In this document: one piece after another, positions 1 to 10,417 of the stretch
How the letters are laid out: each line of letters starts with the position of its first letter
Numbering within the stretch: the stretch's first letter is position 1
Notes under the pieces: model-generated
Databases searched by the model: none
Seen by the model: the letters and a program-made list of their open reading frames with translations, nothing else
Told to the model about the DNA's origin: nothing
Position numbers and translations under genes: made by a program
Source: a virus
Virus record (IMG/VR): IMGVR_UViG_3300007169_000025
Span: 1-64,000 of that record
DNA length: 64,000 nt
Strand: one strand, 5' to 3'

Positions 1-3000
1 ACTGTTAAGTAACTGTTTGCTTTATATGCACTAGAACCCAAACTTGAAATAGCTGATGAGTTTCTAGAATTGGTCCACTCTTGTGTTTTAGTTGTTGTGC
101 CTGTTGAAATAATATTAAACGGAGACTTTAGCTCACCGTTCTCGTCAACAGGTATAACCATGTGTAATCCTTCTCTACGGAAAGGATTATTAGTTAAATA
201 TTTGCTATTTGTAACATTTTCTCTATCGCCCTGGCGGATAATACCTTCTTCTAGATCGTTCCACATAGCAATATTGTTGCTGCTATAGTCTGTGCCGTAT
301 TGGTTGTCCCACCATGTTGGCTTTTCAAAGAAGCCTAGCATTTCCCATGGATGACGATGTGGTTCGTATGTATCGTAATAATACTCCATCCAACCACGCC
401 AGTGTCCGGGTATATCAGAAGTGCCTCTGTAGTTCCACGAAAACTCGTCGTTTTCATCAAAATATTCATTCTTAACGAAATCTAAATTATATTGTGACAC
501 CCAGTTAGCAAAGCTGAATCGTAATAGATCAAACCATTCTCTGTTGGCAAAATTTGTATTACGGAAAGCACCTGTCTTAACAGCACTAAAGTTTAACGCT
601 GGTAAACTGTTTGCTGATCGAAATTCAGCTTTGGCTGCGTTGTAAATTCTCTTTTCAAACTCGAGCAAGATCTCATCGCGACGATCTCCAAGCACTGGTG
701 TACGAGATCCATCATGACCTAGAACAACCTGTATAGGTGTTTCATATGTATAATCATACATAATTTCTGGTCTTGAGAGGGGATACAATCCAGCTGTACT
801 TGGCGTAGGAGGACATTGTGCGCTGTCTCTATTTTCATTATAAATTTTAAAAATTATTTGATCGCCAAGAACAAATGAAACATCACTAGTTGTCTGAATA
901 GTAATAGGACTGTAATTTGTTATAGAATAGTCCCTGTCAACTGTTAATAGTGATACAACATTGTTTGTCTTTTTGTACACTAACAAACTGTTTTCAATCT
1001 TATCTAGATCTGAGTCAATTGAAGATACAAATTCTGTTCGTGTAACATCGTTTATTACAAATGTTTCCTCGGAATAATTGTCGCCAAACGGTACAACATA
1101 AGTTCTATTGAATACATTGGTACCGGTACGATAAGAAATCAAATTGCGTAGAACACGCTCTAATACATATTCATTTGAAAAGTTTTCTATAGAAAATGTA
1201 TTATAGTAGTTGTCAATTTCTTTCTTTAATCTGTTTTTGTATTTCTCATATTCAGCTGAGTTAAATCGAAGAGCATTAACTAAATTATGAGGCTGATCGT
1301 CAATTAAGAACGCACCAAGTACTAGATTTTGATCTGTGTAAACAATATCCTTGGCATACTTACTTTCCTTAGCTGTATTACTAAAATTGTTTGACTCTAA
1401 AGGATTTCCCTGGAATCCATCCTGAGATTCCATATAATTTTTGAAATGTGGCAGGAATTCTGGCTCTGATATTGAAATAACGTCAACTACGTTACTTGGA
1501 TCCTGTCTCCAAGAAATAGGTAGTTCAAACTTACTAATTCTATCTAGAGATAATAAACCGCTATCACTGAGCACACTAATTTCAATGAAGTCATTTAGAC
1601 TAAAATTAAAAGTATCAAATCTAATAAATCCTGGTTTTAGTAGATCTGTTACATAGGTAAAGTCTTCTCTTTTAATACCGTTGACTGTTACTTTAATATC
1701 GTAACCGCTATTTTCTGTAGGTTTTACGTTTGGTACAGCACCAATATAAAATAGGGTCTGACTTTCATCAACATCATATTGATCTATGTTATAAGTTGTA
1801 ATGATTCTCTGTTTATTACTGTCACTACTTGGCTTCCAGTGGGTTTCAAATAAACCAGTATCACTATTTTTGTAAAAATAATAGCCAGCCACAGACTGTG
1901 CTGTAGTTGTACCAATTGGGGTGTAATTTACAGATTCATTAATGATGTCGTTTTCAAATTCAATTTCGCTGCTGGCTTTAAAGGCTCTATATGATAGAGG
2001 GAAACCTAAAATGTTGTCATCGTCAGCACCAACTATTGTTGATACCTTATAACTGAAAATTTCATTACCAGCAAAGGAGCTTGCAGGATATAAACCTTCG
2101 TCACCAAGATAATTACCCTGATCGTCATATAAATTAAACAGTGGAGGCTGATTATTGCTAATTTTTTGCTGTGCTAGCTTCCATCCATCTTCTGTCCAAT
2201 AATATTCATTACCAATATTAAAGCGACCTGATGTGATTTGTATGACATCACCTACTTCAACTTCCCATGGCACGAAGCCAACATCACCATCGGCTTTATT
2301 TGACGGATTAAGTGTTGGGTGACCTAATCGTCTAACTTTAATTTTACCAAAAGTTGGACTCGACGAATCAATATCTGTAGATGCTAGATAAACATATTTT
2401 GCTACATCAAGAGTTTCATTTGGGAATATTAATACTGCATTTTCAACAGGTACATCGTCAATGGTGCTACCAGACATCATACCAATGACGCCGCCGCCTA
2501 CTTCAACATTACTACCGCTAACTTGTGTATATTGCTGATCCTTTTTGTATTCGGTGGCAGCAATAGTAGCAGTACCAATGTGCTGAGAACCATGATTATA
2601 TAGTTCTATATTGTGGTGAAACTCAATAATTGGACGCTTTGCACGCCAGGTATTTTCTGGTACTTCGACACCGGCATCAATGAAGTTATCTTTATGGAAC
2701 CAAAAGTTTGTACGACTCCATACGTTTTTATTTCTTGCGCCGCGGCCAATTAGAATATAGTCAGGCGCAACTTCATTTTTTCGGCCGCCCCACTTTAAGT
2801 CGCCGGTATTGCTATCGCCGTCTCCGCCTTCTAGAGTAGTTAGATTTTTATCAAAAGAGTATCGTCCGCCTCTAAAATAATATTCACCAGTGTTTGGATC
2901 AATACCTGTAACCGCCTGTGTTGCTAACACATTAACATTGCTACCAGTAATGGTATGCATTAAATCTCTACGAACTTCTCCTAGGAAATCTCTACCAGTG

Positions 3001-4193
3001 AAAGATAACGTTGGGTTCGTATTTGCTTCAGCATAGTTAAAGGTTTGTGCATCTTCTAAAGTTAATGTATGCACCCAAGTATTAGCATTTGAATCAAAGT
3101 CTGACGAAATTGTATCAACTATTCCAGATACGAAACCTGTTACTACTTGCCCAACTTTAATATTAGTATTAGTGTTTAAAACAAACTGTTTAGCTACAAT
3201 AGGATTAGATCCGTATGATACAAAATCACTAACAGTAACATTTGCTGTTACACTAATATCGTTGAGAATTACACCAACAGGACCGCTATATTCGATACCA
3301 CCGTCAGTAATAACAAAGGTTGTAACACTACCGTTACTATCTAGAGATACTGTAGCCAAAGCAGGTGAGTCGTTTGCACCTATAAATGATACAGTTGGGT
3401 TTACATAGCCAACACCAGCATTCACAACAATAACATTTGAGATGCTTGCTGCACTAAACACAACATTAGAATCACTTAGGCTGTATATTGATGAGTCAAA
3501 CTGGTCAGCTGGATCTGGTAGTACAGTATAAGAAGTACTAGCAAAACTTTCAAAGCTATCGTCTTTTTCAACTAAACGGATCTGCTCGCCAACACCTTCA
3601 ATAATATATTCAGTGTTCAAGTAAGCTCTAGGAATAACAAAGTCGCCAACAAAACGCACAACCATGCCGTTTTTTAGTGAAAGCCCGTTGGGTGTTGTAT
3701 GACTTGTTTTGCCAATAATATCTTTTTCAATATCAATTGGCTTAGACAATGTGCCTTGAATTTGAATACTTGGCGGACCTTCTGGACTCCAAAAATATTC
3801 TTGGTAGTTTAACAGTTTGTCAGAATCAATTGGTGGTAGATATGAATAGTAGTTTTCACCAAAGATCTTATTTTGATTTTTTGTGTCTACGCCGTAGGTC
3901 TTTAATGTATCTAATAGCTCGTCAAAGAAGATTAAGTTTTCGCTTTCACCAGTTGCACTATTGATTGTATTAACTACAGGCGATAAGCTATAGAACTGTC
4001 TAGTAGCGGTTTCTTCCTGTAAGAAAGCAGCGCCAGATTTGTGATTTTCTGGATTTCTTTCGCCAATAAAACCGTTAATAATTTCAGAATTGGCTTTACT
4101 AAACAACTGCTCAACAGTACTTTCAAAGAAGTTCTTAATAGCTGTTGTTTGTAAAACACCTGGTAACTTTTTATAAATCTTATTTTCTGACAT
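1..4193 (-). CDS. Giant baseplate/virion structural protein (partial, runs off the left window edge; absent from the ORF track)
   Basis: ATG at 4193 (MSENKIYKKLPGVLQTT...RQFYSLSPVV). Frame spot-checked as open at ~4000, ~350 (PHRHPWEMLGFFEKPTWW) and 1-60. Lies directly downstream of the gp6-like gene. Confidence 0.8.
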   Translation of the reverse strand, partial: MSENKIYKKLPGVLQTTAIKNFFESTVEQLFSKANSEIINGFIGERNPENHKSGAAFLQEETATRQFYSLSPVVNTINSATGESENLIFFDELLDTLKTYGVDTKNQNKIFGENYYSYLPPIDSDKLLNYQEYFWSPEGPPSIQIQGTLSKPIDIEKDIIGKTSHTTPNGLSLKNGMVVRFVGDFVIPRAYLNTEYIIEGVGEQIRLVEKDDSFESFASTSYTVLPDPADQFDSSIYSLSDSNVVFSAASISNVIVVNAGVGYVNPTVSFIGANDSPALATVSLDSNGSVTTFVITDGGIEYSGPVGVILNDISVTANVTVSDFVSYGSNPIVAKQFVLNTNTNIKVGQVVTGFVSGIVDTISSDFDSNANTWVHTLTLEDAQTFNYAEANTNPTLSFTGRDFLGEVRRDLMHTITGSNVNVLATQAVTGIDPNTGEYYFRGGRYSFDKNLTTLEGGDGDSNTGDLKWGGRKNEVAPDYILIGRGARNKNVWSRTNFWFHKDNFIDAGVEVPENTWRAKRPIIEFHHNIELYNHGSQHIGTATIAATEYKKDQQYTQVSGSNVEVGGGVIGMMSGSTIDDVPVENAVLIFPNETLDVAKYVYLASTDIDSSSPTFGKIKVRRLGHPTLNPSNKADGDVGFVPWEVEVGDVIQITSGRFNIGNEYYWTEDGWKLAQQKISNNQPPLFNLYDDQGNYLGDEGLYPASSFAGNEIFSYKVSTIVGADDDNILGFPLSYRAFKASSEIEFENDIINESVNYTPIGTTTAQSVAGYYFYKNSDTGLFETHWKPSSDSNKQRIITTYNIDQYDVDESQTLFYIGAVPNVKPTENSGYDIKVTVNGIKREDFTYVTDLLKPGFIRFDTFNFSLNDFIEISVLSDSGLLSLDRISKFELPISWRQDPSNVVDVISISEPEFLPHFKNYMESQDGFQGNPLESNNFSNTAKESKYAKDIVYTDQNLVLGAFLIDDQPHNLVNALRFNSAEYEKYKNRLKKEIDNYYNTFSIENFSNEYVLERVLRNLISYRTGTNVFNRTYVVPFGDNYSEETFVINDVTRTEFVSSIDSDLDKIENSLLVYKKTNNVVSLLTVDRDYSITNYSPITIQTTSDVSFVLGDQIIFKIYNENRDSAQCPPTPSTAGLYPLSRPEIMYDYTYETPIQVVLGHDGSRTPVLGDRRDEILLEFEKRIYNAAKAEFRSANSLPALNFSAVKTGAFRNTNFANREWFDLLRFSFANWVSQYNLDFVKNEYFDENDEFSWNYRGTSDIPGHWRGWMEYYYDTYEPHRHPWEMLGFFEKPTWWDNQYGTDYSSNNIAMWNDLEEGIIRQGDRENVTNSKYLTNNPFRREGLHMVIPVDENGELKSPFNIISTGTTTKTQEWTNSRNSSAISSLGSSAYKANSYLT

Positions 4194-4205
4194 TACTTTT
4201 TACCC

Positions 4206-7200
4206 TTAACGATCAGTTCTTAAAGTATTTGAATTAATTTTTTCAATAATCTCAATATCGTCAACTGTGGCTACACTTAAAAATAATTCGTTTGGTTCAG
4301 CTTTAACTTGGAATAGATTTCCAAATGTTCCTGTTGAAATTCTAGGTATGATTACTACTGTACCTATCGCACTACCTAGTTGTTGATGTATATAACTGCT
4401 TAGTTCAGTAAAATAAAATGTTTCACCAAACTCCCAGTTTTCAACATTAAAGTAGTCATTAATAGCAAGCAAAATTCTAGTCTTAATTTCGTTGTCACTT
4501 AATTGATTATTAAGTTTTACTACTCTAAATTTTGCTTGATAGTTTGTGTCTGCTAAGGAACCAAACAATAATTTAAACTTAGCACTTCTAAACACTAACG
4601 TATCACTTGCAGACTTGTATTCGTTTAGTTTACTAAATTCGTTTGCCAATTCGGCGCTGGTTGGCGGCAGTGGGAAGGTTGTTCTAGTTGGAGCAGCCTT
4701 CCACTCATTAATTAAATTGTTATAATTGTTAGTTAATACAAGCATTTCTACTACATTACTTATGCTCGGATCAATTCGTACATCTTTAGGCGCAACATGC
4801 TCCCAACGAATAATACTTTGATCAAAATTACTTGCGGCTGTATTTTGTGTTGGGCCGCGTCCGCGAACAACAAAGAAATCTGTAGTTTCTACAGGATATA
4901 CATTTAATGGATCTGTACTTTGCTGAGTCATTAGATAAACTTTATCTTCTTCTTCAGCATATACTTTGATACCAGCAGCTTTACCCTGATTGTTTTGCAA
5001 TGGTTGTAATGACGAACCGCCAGTAGCAATAACGTTTAGGTTCTTAACTAACAACCATTCTACGGCAGAAAGTGTATATTCTAACTTATAACTTGTTGCA
5101 CTGATTGTATCGTCAGCAAAGTTAATATTTAACGCATTTTCGTTGCGGTAATCTAGAATCACATCATATACTGGTCTGTCGTAGCTGTACCCATCAAAGT
5201 CAGTGTAATATTCATATACTGTAACGTCATCACGGTCAACATATTCAGAAAACTGTAGCGGACGATCAGGTATTAAATCGCCATCACTATCTACTGGGGC
5301 AACAATAACTTTTCTTGGATCTACATAACCGTCTGGATATTTGTAAACGTCAATAATTTGCCATTCGATTGGCTGAGAAATTCTATCTCTATTAGTTTTG
5401 TATGTTACAATAATTTGATCTTTATAAGATGTAAACCTATCTTTAGATATAAAATAATCGTTCTCTTCTAAATGGCTGTATACAAGATTACCAGTACCAG
5501 CAGTAACGTTTGCATTTGCTAGATATAGTCTACCTGATTTAGATGTATCAATAGCTGCGCCTGATGCACCATAGGAATAGCACACAGCGTTGCCATGGAA
5601 AATAGTTTCGTTAACGCTATTATTAGCAAATTGTCTGTAAGTAATATTTCCGTTAGCATCTAAAATGTTTTTACCAAAAGTTGTAGTATCAAATGGTATA
5701 ACAATAGAACTTGGAATTCGAGTTATCTGGCCTGTGTTGTTAGCAATTGTAACGTTGCTAGTAATAGCAGATTCAGTACCATCATCAAAGTATGTGTTAA
5801 GGGCAACAGTTGCTTCACCTACATAACGGTTTCCTGTTGATGGATTAATAATATTAGCAATTCTTGTTACCGGATTTGAACTAGTACCTGCACTAGAAAC
5901 ATCAAATAAACCAAAGTTGCTCTTCCAAGATACGCTGATGTCAAACCATCGTGTATCTCTAGTTTTTAGTGCAATGTCAGTGGCATATGCTCTAGGAATA
6001 TGAAATGCGCCGGTTTCTGTATTTCTCCAGCCGTAGGTCTCGCTATCTTTTTTATACCACTCAAACATTTCATTTGAACCTGGTGCTGTATTCAGCGTAG
6101 TAAATGTAATTGTATCCTGCGATGACTTATTGGTAACGTCAACTACTTTAACATTTTTTACATTGTAGAATTTTAGTTCATCGCGACTTTGAACAACATA
6201 ATGTTCACCGCGTAGTGTAACATTGTAGCGATATCTAAAATTATCAATTGGCGAGTATTCCATTAATACTAACCAAGATGAATCTTTTCCTAGACCGGAT
6301 GTATTCTTAGCATTAGCTGGGTTAAAGTCATCATCCCTGTTTAAGTTTTGGCTTTCAATTATATACCATTGATCCAATGACACATCATAACCTAGGCCAA
6401 ATGTTTGTCTATTTGTAATAGCAAATTGAATCAATGATGCTTCTGCAGACGTAAATAACTTTCTCAAGCTCACAATCATTTCGTCAGCGAACCAGCCTTG
6501 TGGAATTTCGCTACTTAATGTCCATGATCCCGTCCCGGATGTTAGTCCGCTAGTCAATGCGCCGTTATTTGTAACACCTAGAATTCTCACCCACTTATAA
6601 CTTAGATCAGATGAACTAACAAATTTAACAAAGTTATTTTCTCTAAACATTGATGTTCTAGTATCGTTGTTAGTCATAACAACTTTAGTACCACTACTAA
6701 ATGTCTCAGTCATATAGCCAACATCACTGCTGAGTTTCTGTGGCAATGGTTCCCATCTAATGTTTAGTGAATTAACTTTAAACTTGTTTGTAGTATAATC
6801 GGTCCATAGATTTCTTAATCCATAATATACAAAATTGTTTAAACTTTGTGTTTTTAATAGATTAGGTAAAATACCTGCTGTTACTTCTGCTGGAGTAGTA
6901 TTATCATTGATAATAATAGTATCAGTCTTGTTATTTTCTTCTGTGAATAAAATAGCATCGCGGGCAAACATATCAACGTTCTGATATGTACCTGTTGGAT
7001 CATTAATATCAATATATCTACTGTGACCAGCATGAGTTCTATTAATAGCCTTAATCTTAGTAATATTGGTGCTCTGACTTAATGGAAATACATTATAGTC
7101 CTGTGCGCTAACCATTCTGTTTTGAGTATAATAAACCTGTGGAGCACGTTGTTTAATTGACAACAGTGATTCTGGCGGTAAACTATTAGAAACTTTCTTT

Positions 7201-8405
7201 TCTAATCGGAAAGTTAGTGTAATAGCCTGACCTTGATTTTTATTATTCACATATGGAACAGTAATTGTTAGGTTGCGAGCATCTTCTGGCTGTATAACAT
7301 AACGCTCAGGTAAGCTGGTTCGATACCATAAACGGTATACCCCAACTGGAATATTACCAAAGTTACCGTCTGAGAATTTTAATTTAATTCCACCGTTATT
7401 TAGATTTTCAACGGAGTACAAGTTTCGTGTATTAAACAATTCACTGTTATAATTTAATGTCTGACCAATTAGATTTGGAACTTGTACCCATTGTTCTAAA
7501 ACTGCGCCTGCTGTGTTAATCTTTTGTAGGTATACATCAGTTTCGTTAATATTAGGAACAGTAATATCCTCTGTTCTATTTTGCACAGGTGCAGTAAATT
7601 CAAAATCTACGAAATCAAGTAGGCCCTGTTTGAACATCACAAAGAAACCAGTATCGCTGCTTTGTAGTCCTAGACCATCATTTCTATAAATCAAATTAAA
7701 CAAATTTGTTGGATCTGGTGCTTCTTCATAAAAGAAACCGCTATCTAAGAAATTTGGATTTACAATGTTGAATGCTGTACTAGCACCGTTGATGCTCATT
7801 TCAACGTTGTATGTAATTGGTGCTGTAATAGGAGTAGCAATTCGGTATAGTTCGGTATTGATACCCCCAACCTTACCAACTTTATAAGGTGAGGTAAAGC
7901 GATTTGAACCTGCCATTGCAGCATTTAGAATTGTAATAAACTGCTCGTAGCTTTGAGGATTATTAGCGTCATTCCAATAAATCTGACGATTGCTGAGGTT
8001 GTTACCTAAACTGTCTGAGAGAGCCTCTGTGGTACGCACAGATGTTAGTTTCATTAAGCCGCTGGCTGTGAAATTTCGCTTTGGATTATAGCCTAGCATA
8101 CGAGCTAGCTTAAATACGCTGTCGCGACGTTCAGCTGATTCTAAGAAGTTTTCGCGTGTGTTTAGATCCATTCTAAACACAATGGTTTGAGCCAAATAAG
8201 CTAGCATTTCAATGATAGCAATGAATTCACTGCTTTCTAGATAGTCATTGAAATTCTCTGGAAAATTCTGCTGAATATAGTTTACTAGAGCAGCTCTAAT
8301 AGTATCGTAGTCATAAGCCTGGTAGTTAGCATTGGTAAATGCTTTATACGCAACTGTCCAGTCTTCTGCTGCAAATAGGTTATTCTGTCTGGCTACTAGC
8401 GACAT
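4206..8405 (-). CDS. gp6: Baseplate wedge subunit, T4 gp6-like
   Basis: N-terminal YDYDTIRAALVNY...ENFLESAERRDSVFKLARMLGYNPKR and QNRMVSAQDY motifs typical of gp6/baseplate J; adjacent to gp25. Confidence 0.85.
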   Translation of the reverse strand: MSLVARQNNLFAAEDWTVAYKAFTNANYQAYDYDTIRAALVNYIQQNFPENFNDYLESSEFIAIIEMLAYLAQTIVFRMDLNTRENFLESAERRDSVFKLARMLGYNPKRNFTASGLMKLTSVRTTEALSDSLGNNLSNRQIYWNDANNPQSYEQFITILNAAMAGSNRFTSPYKVGKVGGINTELYRIATPITAPITYNVEMSINGASTAFNIVNPNFLDSGFFYEEAPDPTNLFNLIYRNDGLGLQSSDTGFFVMFKQGLLDFVDFEFTAPVQNRTEDITVPNINETDVYLQKINTAGAVLEQWVQVPNLIGQTLNYNSELFNTRNLYSVENLNNGGIKLKFSDGNFGNIPVGVYRLWYRTSLPERYVIQPEDARNLTITVPYVNNKNQGQAITLTFRLEKKVSNSLPPESLLSIKQRAPQVYYTQNRMVSAQDYNVFPLSQSTNITKIKAINRTHAGHSRYIDINDPTGTYQNVDMFARDAILFTEENNKTDTIIINDNTTPAEVTAGILPNLLKTQSLNNFVYYGLRNLWTDYTTNKFKVNSLNIRWEPLPQKLSSDVGYMTETFSSGTKVVMTNNDTRTSMFRENNFVKFVSSSDLSYKWVRILGVTNNGALTSGLTSGTGSWTLSSEIPQGWFADEMIVSLRKLFTSAEASLIQFAITNRQTFGLGYDVSLDQWYIIESQNLNRDDDFNPANAKNTSGLGKDSSWLVLMEYSPIDNFRYRYNVTLRGEHYVVQSRDELKFYNVKNVKVVDVTNKSSQDTITFTTLNTAPGSNEMFEWYKKDSETYGWRNTETGAFHIPRAYATDIALKTRDTRWFDISVSWKSNFGLFDVSSAGTSSNPVTRIANIINPSTGNRYVGEATVALNTYFDDGTESAITSNVTIANNTGQITRIPSSIVIPFDTTTFGKNILDANGNITYRQFANNSVNETIFHGNAVCYSYGASGAAIDTSKSGRLYLANANVTAGTGNLVYSHLEENDYFISKDRFTSYKDQIIVTYKTNRDRISQPIEWQIIDVYKYPDGYVDPRKVIVAPVDSDGDLIPDRPLQFSEYVDRDDVTVYEYYTDFDGYSYDRPVYDVILDYRNENALNINFADDTISATSYKLEYTLSAVEWLLVKNLNVIATGGSSLQPLQNNQGKAAGIKVYAEEEDKVYLMTQQSTDPLNVYPVETTDFFVVRGRGPTQNTAASNFDQSIIRWEHVAPKDVRIDPSISNVVEMLVLTNNYNNLINEWKAAPTRTTFPLPPTSAELANEFSKLNEYKSASDTLVFRSAKFKLLFGSLADTNYQAKFRVVKLNNQLSDNEIKTRILLAINDYFNVENWEFGETFYFTELSSYIHQQLGSAIGTVVIIPRISTGTFGNLFQVKAEPNELFLSVATVDDIEIIEKINSNTLRTDR

Positions 8406-8779
8406 TAATCTACGCCCTCAATAATCTTTCTTGTATATTCTAAATACAAGGTATCAGTGTTGTTGAATGGAAGCATTCTTAAAACTACTTCAATTCTAAT
8501 GCTGTGTTCTAGTGTAAAAATTGTTGCATCAAGGTATTCTACTCTAGGGTCAGCTTCAACTATTTTTTTAATATCTTCGATGATTTCGCTGTTTGTAAAA
8601 CCATCCTCAGGATCCATTAATAAATCCCATATGATACTTCCATAGTTGGGACGCATTAATCTTTCACCCTTTTTTGTGTAAAAGGTATTCAATAAATCTC
8701 GCTTTACAAGTTCATTATCGACTAGAGTGTATGGTGCTCTAACCCTATCAACTGTGCTGAAACCTTTGAATTTTGCCAT
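8405..8779 (-). CDS. gp25: Baseplate wedge subunit gp25-like
   Basis: KGERLMRPNYGS...DPRV motif. Start moved from 8794 to 8779 (MAKFKGF) because the upstream extension overlaps the late promoter. Confidence 0.88.
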   Translation of the reverse strand: MAKFKGFSTVDRVRAPYTLVDNELVKRDLLNTFYTKKGERLMRPNYGSIIWDLLMDPEDGFTNSEIIEDIKKIVEADPRVEYLDATIFTLEHSIRIEVVLRMLPFNNTDTLYLEYTRKIIEGVD

Positions 8780-8784
8780 ACAAT

Positions 8785-8792
8785 TATTTATC
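8785..8792 (-). promoter_or_regulatory. T4-type late promoter (GATAAATA), leaderless for gp25
   Basis: tatttatc on the + strand, 5 nt from the ATG at 8779. Confidence 0.7.
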
Positions 8793-8801
8793 ATATTCTT
8801 T

Positions 8802-8818
8802 AACAGATATTTTAATTA
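8802..8818 (-). repeat. 17-bp intergenic element TAATTAAAATATCTGTT, copy 1 (inverted relative to copy 2)
   Basis: Exact reverse complement of 16590-16606. Confidence 0.6.
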
Positions 8819-8832
8819 GGCCGGTTTTTCGC

Positions 8833-8860
8833 TTGACAAAAATAAAAAAACAAGTATAGT
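8833..8860 (+). promoter_or_regulatory. Sigma70-type early promoter
   Basis: TTGACA-N16-TATAGT upstream of ORF 8937. Confidence 0.65.
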
Positions 8861-8936
8861 AAGACTTGTAGTGCATAACTACATAGGGCGGTGATTTAGA
8901 AATAAATCACTATTGGTTCAACCTTAAGTTGAGAGC

Positions 8937-9197
8937 ATGAAAATGCGTAATAAACTTTCAAAGAAGTTTGATGAAATCTGCGCTAGCGCCGAGAAGTACA
9001 ACAAGGAACATCGTACTGATCGATTTTTGCGTATGTTTGATCAAAGCAGAAAGTTCGTTAGCATGGGACTGTATGATTCTGTAACCAAGAAGTATGTGTT
9101 GTTTGATACAATCAATCTAACAGGCAACTTCCGTTATAGCAATAACATCCTGCCAAACGAATTTGCTGAAATGGAAAACATGATCAAGCGTGCATAA
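8937..9197 (+). CDS. Small hypothetical protein (moron-like insertion)
   Basis: 86 aa ORF with its own promoter and terminator, opposite in strand to the flanking structural genes. Confidence 0.7.
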   Translation: MKMRNKLSKKFDEICASAEKYNKEHRTDRFLRMFDQSRKFVSMGLYDSVTKKYVLFDTINLTGNFRYSNNILPNEFAEMENMIKRA

Positions 9198-9234
9198 GCA
9201 TACTTGTTATCAGGTGTAGAGCGTAGAATAAAAT

Positions 9235-9262
9235 GAATATAGGGCCGAAAGGCCCTATATTC
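9235..9262. terminator. Hairpin between convergent genes, probable bidirectional terminator
   Basis: gaatatagggcc-GAAA-ggccctatattc, a perfect 12-bp stem. Confidence 0.75.
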
Positions 9263-10414
9263 TTATCTGGAGCCAAATTCTCGTATTTTTTGTTCAATGT
9301 AGCTATTTCGTCTAAGTTCTAAAATTGCTGCCAATTGTGCAAATGTTAGTTCGCCCGGATTTACACCTTCTGGTGGAGAAATATCAACTTCGTCAGGCGT
9401 TTGAAATAGTTCAGCTTCATATAGTCGTCTATCATAATAGTCTTGTCTAAACACAGCCGCGCCAACGCCACCTGGAGGTGAACCCATTACCCAACCCATT
9501 AATAGTCTTGGAACTTCAGCATAGGCTAGTTCGTTAAGCGCAATTAAAACATCACTGTTTAAAAAGTTTTCTGCACCAACATGGTTTGAAAAACTTGCCA
9601 TCGCTAGTGTCTGGTTATTACTCATTGGGGCAGTAATTCTTCCTTTCACATCTTCCCATGCTTTGTTAAGATCGGCTAGCAAACCTAAACTTGTGCCAAT
9701 TGGCCCTAGGCCGTTTGAGAAGTCAACAATCTTATTACCGTTAGCGTCTTCAAAAATTGTACCGGGAGGATCTGAAATAATTTTATATCCTGCATCCTCT
9801 AATCGTTTTAGTGCTTCAGCATTATCTTTTGATGTAGCCATGATATCTTTGATATCATTCATCATATTTCTAAACGCCGCATCTGTTAGTGCTGCGGGCA
9901 AGCCAGTATTGCCTGCGATAGCAAATGCTCTTAACTGTGCTTCAAGTTCTTTTAATTGTTTTGCGATCCCAATGATTTTATCTAAGTTTTCGTTAGTTAC
10001 TGGAAATCTAATTGGCGGTATTACAACATTAAGTGATTTTGCTAAATCTCTAAGCCTATCAAGACCAAGTAGATTTTTTAAATTACCCAAATCAATGTTG
10101 TTCAACACGTTGTTTAATTGTTTATATAGAGGACTGTTTTTAATAGCATCTGACGCTGCTTTTTGTGCGGCAGCAATGGCTGCACCTTTTGGATCTCTAG
10201 CAATATCAGCAAATTTGTTTAGTAGTGCTTGTGCTGATGCTAGAGCCGCTTGTGCTTGATTAAATTTCTCTCTATCAAGCTCAGCAATATTTTTTTCAAA
10301 GTCTTTTACACTTGAAACTTTTTTATCACTAGCACCTGCCGCCGGTGCTGTGTTTGATGACGCTGGTCCTGAAGTGCCAGCTGGGGTGCTGCCTGTGGGT
10401 GATGTGTTAGCCAT
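9263..10414 (-). CDS. Baseplate-associated protein with C-terminal GH24 lysozyme-like lobe
   Basis: MSNNQTLAMASFSNHVG...NS...LN...W...RRLYEAELF matches the C-lobe of RrrD/GH24 lysozymes; follows gp5. Confidence 0.6.
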   Translation of the reverse strand: MANTSPTGSTPAGTSGPASSNTAPAAGASDKKVSSVKDFEKNIAELDREKFNQAQAALASAQALLNKFADIARDPKGAAIAAAQKAASDAIKNSPLYKQLNNVLNNIDLGNLKNLLGLDRLRDLAKSLNVVIPPIRFPVTNENLDKIIGIAKQLKELEAQLRAFAIAGNTGLPAALTDAAFRNMMNDIKDIMATSKDNAEALKRLEDAGYKIISDPPGTIFEDANGNKIVDFSNGLGPIGTSLGLLADLNKAWEDVKGRITAPMSNNQTLAMASFSNHVGAENFLNSDVLIALNELAYAEVPRLLMGWVMGSPPGGVGAAVFRQDYYDRRLYEAELFQTPDEVDISPPEGVNPGELTFAQLAAILELRRNSYIEQKIREFGSR

Positions 10415-10417
10415 AAA

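Noticed and set aside
70-4159. Short ORF-track calls in 70-4159
   Set aside because: Shadow ORFs of the long minus-strand gene that starts at 4193 and runs off the window edge.
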